64,000 bases of DNA from Lichenihabitans sp. (lineage in GTDB: Bacteria > Pseudomonadota > Alphaproteobacteria > Rhizobiales > Beijerinckiaceae), in NCBI GenBank assembly GCA_965214345.1, contig CBDCBJ010000005.1, forward strand, positions 11,744-75,743. Reading direction: 5' to 3'. This document shows positions 19,871 through 30,696 of this stretch, piece by piece. Position 1 is the first letter of the stretch, and each line of letters begins with the position of its first letter. The position numbers and the translations under genes are program-made. The notes under the pieces were generated by a model. The model saw nothing but the letters and a program-made list of their open reading frames with translations. It had not been told where the DNA came from and made no database searches.

Positions 19871-20370
19871 AACCCTTTGATCGTCGTGTCGAGCCAGTGC
19901 CGGAAACTCCCGGCGAAGCTGCGGAACAGCAGGATGTCGTACGTCGGCGCATCGTCGACGTGCCGGATGACCACGCCGATATGCGCGATCACCGTCGTCG
20001 CGACGGCGTCCGCCGCGAACGCCGCCGGGTGGAAGTCGATCGAAGCACCGCGTTGCAGCAGCGTCCGCGCGCCCGGCCCGGAGAGCCGGAAGATCGCATA
20101 GCCGCCCGACTGATCGGACACCGAGGCGAGCGCGCCGAGCCGCTCGCGCAGCCCCGCCGCCCAATCCGCCGGAGCAATTTCGGAATAAGCCAGCCAGCTC
20201 CCATGCCCTGTGCCGAGCAGCACAAGGCCCGCGCCGGTCGAGCAAGTCGGTTTGTCGCGCAGCTTGACGCCAAGCACCGCCCCGATCGCGGACGGATCGG
20301 CACCCTTGCGCGCCATTACTGTCGCCAGAGCAAACCCGCTGCGCTGTTCGATGACAACCGGATCAGCCAC
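19867..20370 (-). CDS. soxG: Heterotetrameric sarcosine oxidase gamma subunit-like protein (could equally be MgdD of N-methylglutamate dehydrogenase)
   Basis: Small GcvT-like fold protein following soxA. The likely start is the GTG at 20370, overlapping the soxA stop by 8 nt; the ORF-track start is 20409. Confidence 0.75.
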   Translation of the reverse strand: MADPVVIEQRSGFALATVMARKGADPSAIGAVLGVKLRDKPTCSTGAGLVLLGTGHGSWLAYSEIAPADWAAGLRERLGALASVSDQSGGYAIFRLSGPGARTLLQRGASIDFHPAAFAADAVATTVIAHIGVVIRHVDDAPTYDILLFRSFAGSFRHWLDTTIKGL

Positions 20371-23317
20371 GCACGCGCACCCCTTCGGGATCGACGAATA
20401 CGGGCGCACACACCTCCGCCTCCAGATCGCCGCCGCGTACCGGATCGTGCACCACGATTCGCTCGCCGTGTCGCTCCGGCCCGTGCGACAGCAGCGCCAG
20501 CGCGATCGAATGGCCGAGCGTCGGCGAAAACGCCGCCGAAGTAACGAAGCCCTGATCGTTGGCCGCCGCCGCCGCCGCGCCCCGCGCCAGCAAATGCGCG
20601 CCCGCGCGCAACCGCGCCGCCGGGTCGACCAGCTTTAATCCGACCAGCGTGGGCCGCTCGGGCGCGACCAGCCCTGGCCGCGCGGCCATGATCCGGCCGA
20701 TGAAATCCTTCTTCTTCGACAGCATCTTGCTCATGCCGAGGTCGCCCGCGGTGGTCTGGCCGTTGAGTTCGTTGCCGGCGGGATGGCCCTTCTCGATCCG
20801 CATCACGCCCAGCGCCTCGGTGCCGTAAGCGACCGCGTCGAACGCGCGGCCCGCCTCGAACAGCGCGCGCACCAGCGCGTCGCCGACGCTTGCAGGGACG
20901 CTTACCTCATAGGCCAGCTCGCCTGAGAAGGAGAGGCGGTAGATCCGCGCGGTGACGCCGTTCCACTCGCTTTCCGCCGCCGCCATGAACGGGAACGCTT
21001 CGTTCGACAGGTCGACACGCCCGAACAGTGCGTGCACCAGCGCGCGCGAGCGCGGGCCGGCGACGGCATAGGTCGCCCAATGCTCGGTCACCGAGGTCGC
21101 CTGCACGTCGAGCTCGGGCCACAGCACCTGCCGCGCATAATCGATATGCTGCATCACCTTCGCCGCGTTGACGGTGGTGGTGGTGACGAAGAAGCGGTCC
21201 TCGGCGAAGCGCGTCGTCGTTCCGTCGTCCATCACGATGCCGTCCTCCCGCAGCATCACGCCGTAGCGCGCCTTGCCGACGCTGAGCGTCGAGAACATGT
21301 TGATGTAGAGACGGTCGAGCAGGACGCCAGCGTCCGGCCCCTGCAGGTCGATCTTACCCAGCGTCGAGACGTCGCAGATGCCGACGCCGCTGCGCGTCGC
21401 GGTGACTTCGCGGTTGACGCTCGCCTGCCAGTCCTCGCCGGCACGCGGGAACCATTGCGCGCGCTTCCACTGGCCGGCATCGACGAAGCTCGCGCCTTGC
21501 TCGACCGCCCAATCGTGTCCGGCGGTGCGCCGCTCGGGGCGAAAATGCGCCTCGCGGTGGTGGCCGGCGAACACGCCGATCGCAACCGGCAGATAGGGCG
21601 GGCGCGACAGGATCGTGCCGGCCTCGGCGATCGACTTGCCGGTCGCCGCCGCCAGCAGCGCATGGCCGTTGAGCTGGCTGGTCTTGCCCTGGTCGGTCGC
21701 CATGCCGAGCGTGGTGTAGCGCTTAAGATGCTCGATCGAGACGAAGCCCTCGCGCGCCGCGAGCGCGACATCGGCATCGGTCACGTCGTGCTGGAAATCG
21801 ACGAACGCCTTGGTCTTGTGCGTGCCGACATGCCAGAGCGGAGCAACGCCGGCGGGATCGTCGCTGGTGGCGATCGGTTCGGTAGCGGGCATGGTAAAGC
21901 CCAGATCGCCGGCCGCCGCTCCCGCTGCTCGCACGCCGTCGGCCAGTGCCTCGCCCAGCGAGAAGCGCCCCGCCGCCGCGCCCGCCACCACCAGGCCGGC
22001 CGGCCCGCCGTCGAGCACGAAGCTGTGGATCGCCTCCGACCACACCGGCCGCGCGCCCATGTTGCTACCGATGCCAATCGCCGGGTTCCAGCCGCCCGAC
22101 ACCGCCAGCAGATCGGCGGCGATGCGCCGGATGCGGCCGTCGGCGGTGCGGACGTCCACCGCCCTGACCGGGCTGCCATGCACATCGTCGACCACCGCGC
22201 CGAGCATGATCTCGACGCCGCGCCCGCGCAGCCGCCCGGCGACGGCCACGTCGGCGCGCGAATCGACCACCGCCGCCACCTCGACCCCGGCGGCGAGCAA
22301 GTCCTCAGCGGTCGCCCAGCCGCTGTCGCAGGTCGCGAACACGACCGCGCGGCGCCCGGCCGCGGCGGCGAAGCGGTTTAGATAGGTCGAGACCGCCGAC
22401 GCCATCATCACGCCGGGCCGGTCGTTGCCGCCGAACACCAGCGGCCGCTCGATCGCACCGGTCGCCAGCACCGCGCGCTTCGCGACAATCTTCCACAGCC
22501 GCTGGCGGGGCTGGCCGGCGGCGGCGTGCGCGAGATGGTCGGTGACACGCTCGACCGCGCCATATTCGCGGCCGTCATAGACGCCGAACACCGTGGTGCG
22601 CGTCAGCAGCCGGACGTTGGGCAGCGCCGCCAGCTCGGCGGCGGCAGCGCGCGCCCAGTCGGCGGCGGTCGCATCGTTCACGCTCAGCCGCTCGGCCAGC
22701 AGCCGCCCGCCCGGCGTCGCGTCCTCGTCGGCGATGATGACGCGCAGCCCCGCCCGCCCCGCGGTCAGCGCCGCCGCCAGCCCCGCCGCGCCGCCGCCTA
22801 TCACCAGCAGATCGCAAAACCCGTGCTCGCGGTCATAATGGTCGGGATCGGACAGCATCGAGAGCTTGCCGAGGCCCGCCGCGCGGCGGATCAGCGGCTC
22901 GTAGACCTTTTCCCAGAACGCCGCCGGCCACATGAAGGTCTTGTAGTAGAAGCCCGCGACGAACAGCGGCGCGGCAAGCTGATTGACCGAGAGCAGGTCG
23001 ACGGCAAGGCTCGGCCAGCGATTCTGGCTCTCCGCCGACAGCCCGTCGAACAGCTCGACCGTCGTCGCGCGGCAATTCGGCTCGGCGTGCGCGCCGGTGC
23101 GTAGCGTGACGAGCGCGTTGGGCTCCTCGCTGCCCGCCGTCAATATGCCGCGCGGCCGGTGATACTTGAACGACCGCGCGACCAGCCGCACGTCGTTCGC
23201 CACCAACGCCGAGGCGAGCGTGTCGCCAGTGAATCCGGACAGCGCCTTGCCGTCGAAGCTGAACGACATGGGCTTCGACCTATCGATCAGTCCGCCCTGC
23301 CCCAGCCGGCTCATCAC
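20363..23317 (-). CDS. soxA: Heterotetrameric sarcosine oxidase alpha subunit-like protein (MgdC alternative)
   Basis: 984-aa ORF. It has an N-terminal 2Fe-2S-like/FAD-NAD domains (DLLVIGGGAAGLAAAL) and a C-terminal GcvT-type folate-binding domain. Position and size are classical for soxA. Confidence 0.9.
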   Translation of the reverse strand: MMSRLGQGGLIDRSKPMSFSFDGKALSGFTGDTLASALVANDVRLVARSFKYHRPRGILTAGSEEPNALVTLRTGAHAEPNCRATTVELFDGLSAESQNRWPSLAVDLLSVNQLAAPLFVAGFYYKTFMWPAAFWEKVYEPLIRRAAGLGKLSMLSDPDHYDREHGFCDLLVIGGGAAGLAAALTAGRAGLRVIIADEDATPGGRLLAERLSVNDATAADWARAAAAELAALPNVRLLTRTTVFGVYDGREYGAVERVTDHLAHAAAGQPRQRLWKIVAKRAVLATGAIERPLVFGGNDRPGVMMASAVSTYLNRFAAAAGRRAVVFATCDSGWATAEDLLAAGVEVAAVVDSRADVAVAGRLRGRGVEIMLGAVVDDVHGSPVRAVDVRTADGRIRRIAADLLAVSGGWNPAIGIGSNMGARPVWSEAIHSFVLDGGPAGLVVAGAAAGRFSLGEALADGVRAAGAAAGDLGFTMPATEPIATSDDPAGVAPLWHVGTHKTKAFVDFQHDVTDADVALAAREGFVSIEHLKRYTTLGMATDQGKTSQLNGHALLAAATGKSIAEAGTILSRPPYLPVAIGVFAGHHREAHFRPERRTAGHDWAVEQGASFVDAGQWKRAQWFPRAGEDWQASVNREVTATRSGVGICDVSTLGKIDLQGPDAGVLLDRLYINMFSTLSVGKARYGVMLREDGIVMDDGTTTRFAEDRFFVTTTTVNAAKVMQHIDYARQVLWPELDVQATSVTEHWATYAVAGPRSRALVHALFGRVDLSNEAFPFMAAAESEWNGVTARIYRLSFSGELAYEVSVPASVGDALVRALFEAGRAFDAVAYGTEALGVMRIEKGHPAGNELNGQTTAGDLGMSKMLSKKKDFIGRIMAARPGLVAPERPTLVGLKLVDPAARLRAGAHLLARGAAAAAANDQGFVTSAAFSPTLGHSIALALLSHGPERHGERIVVHDPVRGGDLEAEVCAPVFVDPEGVRVRG

Positions 23318-23562
23318 GCCGTGTCCCTAGCCAGTTCGGACCCCGAGATAGCATGGGTGCGCGTATCCCGTGTGACCACGATCCAGGTGCGACAGCCCTG
23401 CGCGTGATACCAATGCTCGGCGATCGGCCCGGCGGGATTGTCGCGTTCGTAGACGTAGTCGTAGAATCCGTCCTCGCCATCCGGCCGCACCACCGACGCG
23501 TCGCCGCGATAGATGAATTCCTGCGCGTCGCGCTCGCCGCAATAGGGGCAGGGAATGCGCAT
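23314..23562 (-). CDS. soxD: Sarcosine oxidase delta subunit-like protein (MgdB alternative)
   Basis: 82-aa ORF MRIPCPYCGERDAQEFIYRGD..., the characteristic Zn-ribbon start of SoxD. 4-nt overlap with soxA and 1-nt overlap with soxB. Confidence 0.9.
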   Translation of the reverse strand: MRIPCPYCGERDAQEFIYRGDASVVRPDGEDGFYDYVYERDNPAGPIAEHWYHAQGCRTWIVVTRDTRTHAISGSELARDTA

Positions 23563-24818
23563 CAGTGCAGGTTCGCTTGGGCGCCTTGGCCCTTTTCGTC
23601 GATCAGATGCCCGGTGCGGAAACGATCGAGCCGGTAGGCGGTCGCGGTCTCATGCGGGGTGTCGGTGGCGAGCAGATGCGCGAAGCACCAGCCCGACGCC
23701 GGCGTCGCCTTGAACCCGCCATAGCACCAGCCGGCGTTCAGATAGAGGCCATCGACGGGCGTGCGGTCGATGAACGGCGATCCGTCCATCGACATGTCCA
23801 TGATCCCGCCCCAGCCGCGCAGCAGCCGTACGCGCCCGATCATCGGCATCAGCGCCATGCCGCCCTCGCATACGTCCTCGAGCGTCGGCAGGTTCCCGCG
23901 GCTGGCATAGCTGTTGTAACCGTCGATATCGCCGCCGAACACCAGCCCGCCCTTGTCCGACTGACTGATGTAGAAATGACCCGCGCCATAGGTGATGACG
24001 CCGGGGATGACGGGCTTCAGCCCCTCGCTCACGAAGGCCTGCAAGACGTGGCTCTCGATCGGCAGCCGCAGGCCCGCAAGCGCCGCGACGCGCGACGACA
24101 TGCCTGCCACCGCCATGCCGACCTTGCCCGCGCGGATCGTGCCCCGGCTCGTCTCCACCCCCGTCACCGCGCCCGAGGCATCGCGCACGAATCCCGTCAC
24201 CTCGCAATTCTGGATGATGTCGACGCCCCGGTCCGACGCGCCGCGCGCATAGCCCCACGCGACCGCATCGTGCCGCGCGGTGCCGCCGCGCGCTTGATAC
24301 AGCCCGCCCTGGATCGGAAAGCGCGCCTGGTCGAAATTGAGGAACGGCGCCATCTTGCGCACCGCGTCGCGATCGAGCAGCGCGGCATCGACGCCGTGGA
24401 GCCGCATCGCATTGCCGCGCCGCGCGAAGGCGTCGCGCTGGCCGTCGGAATGATAGAGGTTGAGCACCCCGCGCTGGCTGACCATCGCGTTGTAGTTCAG
24501 CTCCTGCTCCAGCCCCTCCCACAGCTTCATTGCCCATTCGTAGAACGGCTCGTTGCCGGGCAGGCCGTAATTAGAGCGGATGATCGTCGTGTTGCGGCCG
24601 ACATTGCCGCCGCCGATCCAGCCCTTCTCGATCACCGCGACGTTGGTGATGCCGTGCACCTTGGCGAGGTAGAAGGCGGTCGCGAGGCCATGCCCGCCGC
24701 CGCCGATGATGACGATGTCGTAGCCGTCGCGCGGCGTCGCGTCGCGCCAGGTCGGACGCCAGTTGCGGTGGCCCGACAGCGCGTTCTTCGCGAGACTGAG
24801 AATCGAGAACCGCTTCAT
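23562..24818 (-). CDS. soxB: Sarcosine oxidase beta subunit-like FAD flavoprotein (MgdA alternative)
   Basis: 418-aa ORF with a DAO-family fold (YDIVIIGGGGHGLATAFYLAK) and length typical of SoxB. It is the first gene of the soxBDAG-order array. Confidence 0.9.
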   Translation of the reverse strand: MKRFSILSLAKNALSGHRNWRPTWRDATPRDGYDIVIIGGGGHGLATAFYLAKVHGITNVAVIEKGWIGGGNVGRNTTIIRSNYGLPGNEPFYEWAMKLWEGLEQELNYNAMVSQRGVLNLYHSDGQRDAFARRGNAMRLHGVDAALLDRDAVRKMAPFLNFDQARFPIQGGLYQARGGTARHDAVAWGYARGASDRGVDIIQNCEVTGFVRDASGAVTGVETSRGTIRAGKVGMAVAGMSSRVAALAGLRLPIESHVLQAFVSEGLKPVIPGVITYGAGHFYISQSDKGGLVFGGDIDGYNSYASRGNLPTLEDVCEGGMALMPMIGRVRLLRGWGGIMDMSMDGSPFIDRTPVDGLYLNAGWCYGGFKATPASGWCFAHLLATDTPHETATAYRLDRFRTGHLIDEKGQGAQANLH

Positions 24819-24908
24819 CGACTGGTGCCGGACAGCCTTCCAAATTGCCGTACGACGATTACGCCTTATGTGGGATCGCGCTTGCTTGGAAAGGACAATC
24901 TACTGCCC

Positions 24909-25865
24909 ATGGATGACACTGCCGGGTATCATATCGTCCGCACGATCGGTCTGCTCCTGCTCGATGGCTTTGCGCTGCTGTCGTACGCGGCGGTCATCGA
25001 GCCCTATCGCGCGGCGAACGTGCTGGCAGGGCGCACGCTCTATCGCTGGCTGCACATCTCAATCGATGGCCGGCCCGCGCGCGCGTCAAACGGGGCGACG
25101 ATCGCCGCGGACCGCCGCGTCGGCGAGGCGACCGGTTGCGATACGCTGTTCGTCTTTGCCGCGGGCAACCCGCTAATGGCCGGTGACCCGGCGACGATGG
25201 CTTGGCTGCGGCAGGTCGCTCTCGGCGGCGCGACCATCGCCGGTGTGTCGGCGGGGCCTTGGCTACTCGCCCGGGCAGGGTTGCTCGACGGCTACCGCGC
25301 GACCATCCACTGGGAACATCGGCCCGCGTTCGTCGCGGTTTTTCCGCGCGTCACGGCGGAGGTCGGCGTCTACGTCATCGACCGGGCGCGCGTCACCTGT
25401 GCCGGGGGCATGGCCGGCATGGACCTCGCGGTCGAACTCATCGAGCGCGAACAGGGTCATGCCCTGGCCGCGCGGATCAGCGACTGGTTCATTCAGAGCG
25501 AACCGCGAGACGCGGGCAAACCGCAGCGGCTGATGCTGCGAGCACGCTACTCGATCAGCGACGACCGCATTCTACGAATATTGGCAGTAATGGAAGCGTC
25601 GATCGAGGATCCGGTCGCGCGGCCGATGTTGGCCCGGCTCGCGGGCGTTTCGCTGCGGCAGCTCGATCGTCTGTTCGCCGATCTCGTCGGAGAAACGGCG
25701 GGCAAGCATTATTTGCGCATCCGGCTCGCCAGCGCAAGGCAGCTGCTCCGTACGACGCGCATGTCGGTCACCGACGTCGGCATCGCTTGCGGATTCAAAA
25801 GCAGCAGTCATTTTTCGCGCACCTATACTGCCCACCACGGGAAGGCTCCGGGCCGTGACCGCTGA
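24909..25865 (+). CDS. GlxA-family (DJ-1/PfpI domain plus AraC HTH) transcriptional regulator, GbdR/SouR-like
   Basis: Only the last third of ORF-track entry 23565..25865 is credible; the 5' part is antisense to soxB. ATG at 24909 (MDDTAGYHIVRTIGLLLLDGFALLSY...), with a C-terminal AraC HTH (VTDVGIACGFKSSSHFSRTYTAHHGKAP). Divergent from soxB. Confidence 0.85.
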   Translation: MDDTAGYHIVRTIGLLLLDGFALLSYAAVIEPYRAANVLAGRTLYRWLHISIDGRPARASNGATIAADRRVGEATGCDTLFVFAAGNPLMAGDPATMAWLRQVALGGATIAGVSAGPWLLARAGLLDGYRATIHWEHRPAFVAVFPRVTAEVGVYVIDRARVTCAGGMAGMDLAVELIEREQGHALAARISDWFIQSEPRDAGKPQRLMLRARYSISDDRILRILAVMEASIEDPVARPMLARLAGVSLRQLDRLFADLVGETAGKHYLRIRLASARQLLRTTRMSVTDVGIACGFKSSSHFSRTYTAHHGKAPGRDR

Positions 25866-25971
25866 CTGCCTCGCTGCGCTTTCTCATGCTCGAACAGTTC
25901 GCATAGCGGAAGGTTTGCGCTAAGCGTCGTCCCGGCTGGTGGCCCAGATGATTTGTGCAGAGGATTGCGGA

Positions 25972-27265
<1,294 letters not shown>

Positions 27266-27270
27266 CGTCG

Positions 27271-27666
27271 ATGCCGGCGGCGGAGCGCCACTCGATTGAG
27301 TGGGAGTGCACCCGGCTGATCAGCCGCTATGCCAATCTCAACGACGAGTCACGGTGGGACGAGGTCGCCGACCTCTACGTGGAAGACGGACTGATGACCC
27401 GGCCGAGCGCTCCCGAGATGCCGATCGTCGGCCGGGCGGCGATCCTCGCGGCCTTCACCGCACGGCCGCCACGTGCGACGCGCCACTTCTGCTCGAATAT
27501 TGTCATCGATGTTGAAAGCCGCGACGTGGCGCGCGGCACCAGCGCGATGCTGCTCTTCACCGGTGGACCAGCCCCGCTCGTAGGCGGCTTCGCCGACCGC
27601 TTCGTGCTGACCGCTGCCGGCTGGCGTTTCGCCGAACGGCGCGGAACATTGTGCTTTGTTCCGTGA
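27271..27666 (+). CDS. SnoaL-like / NTF2-fold protein of unknown function
   Basis: In-frame part of ORF 27154..27666. The start is ATG 27271, or GTG 27262 overlapping the ligB stop (GTGA). The N-terminal string ECTRLISRYANLNDESRWDEVADLYVEDG is typical of SnoaL_4/NTF2-like proteins. Confidence 0.6.
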   Translation: MPAAERHSIEWECTRLISRYANLNDESRWDEVADLYVEDGLMTRPSAPEMPIVGRAAILAAFTARPPRATRHFCSNIVIDVESRDVARGTSAMLLFTGGPAPLVGGFADRFVLTAAGWRFAERRGTLCFVP

Positions 27667-27703
27667 CCGCGCGCCCGGCATCGTCCCGATGAGAACTGGG
27701 CCG

Positions 27704-28450
27704 ATGGCCGAACAACCCATCGCCGCCGTCAAGTCGGCGACCCGAACGCTCGACATCATCGAATATGTCGTGTCGCGAGGACAGCCGCTCGTCGCGCAGG
27801 ATATCGCCGAGGCCCTGCTCATCCCGGCGAGCAGCCTGTCCTACCTGCTCGGCACCCTCGTCGAACGTGGCTATCTCGCCCGGACCGGGCGGCGCTACGC
27901 GCCCGGGCCGGGCCTCGTGCGGCTCCAGGCACCCGTCTCCGCCTTCACGCTCGCCGATCGCGTCGGCCCGCTGGTCCGGGCGCTGCGCGTCCAGCTGAAT
28001 GAAACGGCGTCCTTCTTCGTTCGGCAGGCATGGACCGTCGCAGCGCTGGCAACAGAGACCAGCGACCACGCGTTACGTTATGCCGTGCTGACTGGGACGA
28101 CCGCGCCCATGCATGCCTTCTCGTCGGGCAAGGCGCTGCTTGCGGCGATGACGGACGACGATCTCGGCCGCTACTTCGCTGAGACCCGGCGCGAGATGTT
28201 CACGCCGGCGACCATCATCGGCGAAGCCGAGCTCCGCCGCGAGATCGCGTCCATCCGCACCACCGGTATCGCCTGCACGTGCGAGGAGCACACGCCAGGC
28301 ATTGTCGGATTGGGTCGCGCCGCGTCGATCGAGGGCGCGATCGTCGGGGCGTTCAGCGTCGCTATCCCGCGGGTGCGGTTCGACGAGCGGGTCGAACGGC
28401 GCGCCGCGGCCCTGCTTACGCGGACCACGGAACTGCTGGCCGCCGCCTGA
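27704..28450 (+). CDS. IclR-family transcriptional regulator
   Basis: N-terminal winged HTH (VKSATRTLDIIEYVVSRGQPLVAQDIAEALLIPASSLSYLLGTLVERGYL) plus an IclR effector domain. An alternative start lies at 27689. Confidence 0.85.
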   Translation: MAEQPIAAVKSATRTLDIIEYVVSRGQPLVAQDIAEALLIPASSLSYLLGTLVERGYLARTGRRYAPGPGLVRLQAPVSAFTLADRVGPLVRALRVQLNETASFFVRQAWTVAALATETSDHALRYAVLTGTTAPMHAFSSGKALLAAMTDDDLGRYFAETRREMFTPATIIGEAELRREIASIRTTGIACTCEEHTPGIVGLGRAASIEGAIVGAFSVAIPRVRFDERVERRAAALLTRTTELLAAA

Positions 28451-28472
28451 GCGACGGCCCGCGATGCGCCGG

Positions 28473-29870
28473 TCAAGCCGTCTGTCGTGTCCGCCAGCTG
28501 TCGGCGTAGCTGTCGCGCGCCACCTCCGAATACGGCGCAGGGCTAACGATCGCGCGGATTTCCGTCTGGACGTGACGCTCGACGGTTGGCTTGCGCGTCC
28601 CGCCGCCCGGCTCGCCCCACAGCAAGGTCACCTGCGTTCCGGGAGCGGCGAAATCCTCGTCGACCATCGCCAGCGTCAGCATCTTCCCCTCGTTGGCGCT
28701 GTAGCCGATCCACGTTGACAGGCCGACAAGCTTGCCGTCGGCAAGCACCGCATCGAATGGGTGCATCGAATAGACCGCCGACGGAAATTCCATGTATTTG
28801 GCGCGATCGCCCTTCTGCAGCTGCGAACTGATGACGCGCAGCGCGTCCTCGGTATCTAGGGCCAGCGTCACCTTCTTTCGGTGCGGCTGGCCGGCCAGCT
28901 TCTCCAGCGCTTCACGGCCGATGAAGTCGTGGTCGAACTTGACGAACAGGCCATAGCCGAGGTCCCATGGCGTGAGATAGTAACCCTCGACGCTGTCGGG
29001 GACGAAGCTGCCGCCGATCGACGCCTTCGCCTCGTACGACGTGGTGCCGAGCCATTCGCGATAGAGCCGCAGCGCCTCACCGGTGTAGACCGCCGGGAGC
29101 GGCGACGGGATCCAACCGGATTCGAGCGTGTTCGACGCGTAGGTTCGGCCACCGACCAGCCGTAGACCGAAGTCGGCGCCGGCCGCGATCAGCGCCTGGC
29201 GCACGGTCTCGCCCTCCGCCCACGGGCCGAACAACTCATAGCCCGGCTGCCCGGCCATGCCGTGGCGCAACGCGCGGACTTCCTTTCCGGCGATCGTGAT
29301 CCGCGCCATGTGGAAGAACTTGAGGTCGGGCGGCGTCGTTCCCATCGCCACTTCGAGCGTCTTCATTGCGTTCGGACCCTGCAGCTGGAACCGGTACGAC
29401 TTGCGGTTCTCGGAATCGGGCCGTGCCGCCGTGCGCTCGTCGCGCTCGACCGTCACCTGCCACTTCCCGGTCTGCGCGTGATATTCGATCCACTCGATTG
29501 TCGGCGCGCGACCGACGAGGTTGAACTTGTTCTCGTCGAGGTAGAACAGGATGACGTCGCCGATGACATTGCCATCGGGCGTGACGGGCACGAACTGTTT
29601 CGCGCGGTCGGGCACGAACCCCTTGAAGCTGTTGATGCCGAGATAGTTGAGCATTGCGAAGGCGTCGGGTCCTTCGACGGCAAGGTCGACCATGTGATAC
29701 GACTGGTTGAACAGTACACAGGTCTGCGACCACGCGCGCTGCTCGTCGCGCCAGTTGGAATACTCGGCCGGCACACCGGGGTAGGCGTTGGGCCCGGTCT
29801 GCTGATTGCGCAGCAGGTCAACGATATTTCCGCTCGTATCGAGCAGCGACTGCAGGCTGTGTTCGGTCAT
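28473..29870 (-). CDS. ligM: Tetrahydrofolate-dependent aryl O-demethylase (vanillate/3-O-methylgallate O-demethylase, GcvT family)
   Basis: Trimmed to the ATG at 29870 (MTEHSLQSLL...). Long matches to my recollection of SYK-6 LigM: LRHGMAG.PG.E..GPW, SNTLESGWIPSPLPA.YTG, GGSFV....E.YY..P...GYG.FVKFDHDFIGR.ALE, RKKVTLA. A DesA-type enzyme cannot be excluded. Confidence 0.88.
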   Translation of the reverse strand: MTEHSLQSLLDTSGNIVDLLRNQQTGPNAYPGVPAEYSNWRDEQRAWSQTCVLFNQSYHMVDLAVEGPDAFAMLNYLGINSFKGFVPDRAKQFVPVTPDGNVIGDVILFYLDENKFNLVGRAPTIEWIEYHAQTGKWQVTVERDERTAARPDSENRKSYRFQLQGPNAMKTLEVAMGTTPPDLKFFHMARITIAGKEVRALRHGMAGQPGYELFGPWAEGETVRQALIAAGADFGLRLVGGRTYASNTLESGWIPSPLPAVYTGEALRLYREWLGTTSYEAKASIGGSFVPDSVEGYYLTPWDLGYGLFVKFDHDFIGREALEKLAGQPHRKKVTLALDTEDALRVISSQLQKGDRAKYMEFPSAVYSMHPFDAVLADGKLVGLSTWIGYSANEGKMLTLAMVDEDFAAPGTQVTLLWGEPGGGTRKPTVERHVQTEIRAIVSPAPYSEVARDSYADSWRTRQTA

Positions 29871-30598
29871 CAGGCTTCTCCGCTGGGCTGGTTGATTGGC
29901 GTTTCGGCGAGCCATGAAGCAATCGCCAGGTTCAGGTCATCGGGAGCTTCGACGGGTAGCATATGACCCGCGCCGTCGATCACCGCCAGCTGCGCGCCGG
30001 GGATACTGGCGGCGATCGCGCGATGTTGTGCCGGCGGACTCCACGCATCCTCGCTGCCGACTGCGATCAGGGTCGGGCAGGTGATCGTCGGCAGCAGCGC
30101 GTCGACCGGGGGTCGTCCAAGCAAGGCCTCGCTTTGCGCTGCGAATGTCTCGACCCCGACGTCGAGGCACATGCGACGCAGTGGCACCATGATCTCCGGC
30201 CGTCGGCTGGCTGGGGCGATCATCGGCGGCAGCCAGGCATCGACCAGCGCTGCTGCGCCCTCCCGTCGTCCGAGGTCGCGCAGAGCAAAACGTTTCTCTG
30301 CCTCGCCGGGCCGCGGCGGGTGCACGCCCGTGCTCAACAGCGCCAGCCGCTCGATCCGGTCCGGCGCGAGCCGAACCATTTCGAGCGCCACTCGTGCACC
30401 CATCGAATGGCCGAGCAGCGACATGCGCGGCGGTGCCACGCTGAGCGCGTACCGGGCCATTTCGACCAGGTTGCAGCGGGGCCCGAATCCGTCGACGCTG
30501 TGCACACCGACAGCACCACCATCGAGGTGAGCGAAGATCCGGCCGTCGCACATCAATCCGGGCAGACAAAGAAGCGGTGCGGCTAAGCCGACGCGCAT
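29870..30598 (-). CDS. Alpha/beta-fold hydrolase
   Basis: GHSMGARVA nucleophile-elbow motif and a C-terminal ...GAGHMLPVE. The stop overlaps the ligM start (ATGA). The start was chosen at 30598 (GAAAGAG RBS). An alternative is 30649. The ORF-track start at 30715 would overlap metF. Confidence 0.75.
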   Translation of the reverse strand: MRVGLAAPLLCLPGLMCDGRIFAHLDGGAVGVHSVDGFGPRCNLVEMARYALSVAPPRMSLLGHSMGARVALEMVRLAPDRIERLALLSTGVHPPRPGEAEKRFALRDLGRREGAAALVDAWLPPMIAPASRRPEIMVPLRRMCLDVGVETFAAQSEALLGRPPVDALLPTITCPTLIAVGSEDAWSPPAQHRAIAASIPGAQLAVIDGAGHMLPVEAPDDLNLAIASWLAETPINQPSGEA

Positions 30599-30696
30599 GA
30601 GCGGCTCTTTCGTATCCTTGAAGATTTCGCCTATACGAAACCATGGCATGTTGCTAGAGGGGAGAACGGAAAGACCGTTAAGATAGGGGAGCAGGA

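Noticed and set aside
23565-24908. 5' two-thirds of the 766-aa ORF 23565..25865
   Set aside because: It is antisense to soxB and has a junk-like composition. Only the portion from the ATG at 24909 encodes the GlxA/AraC-type regulator.
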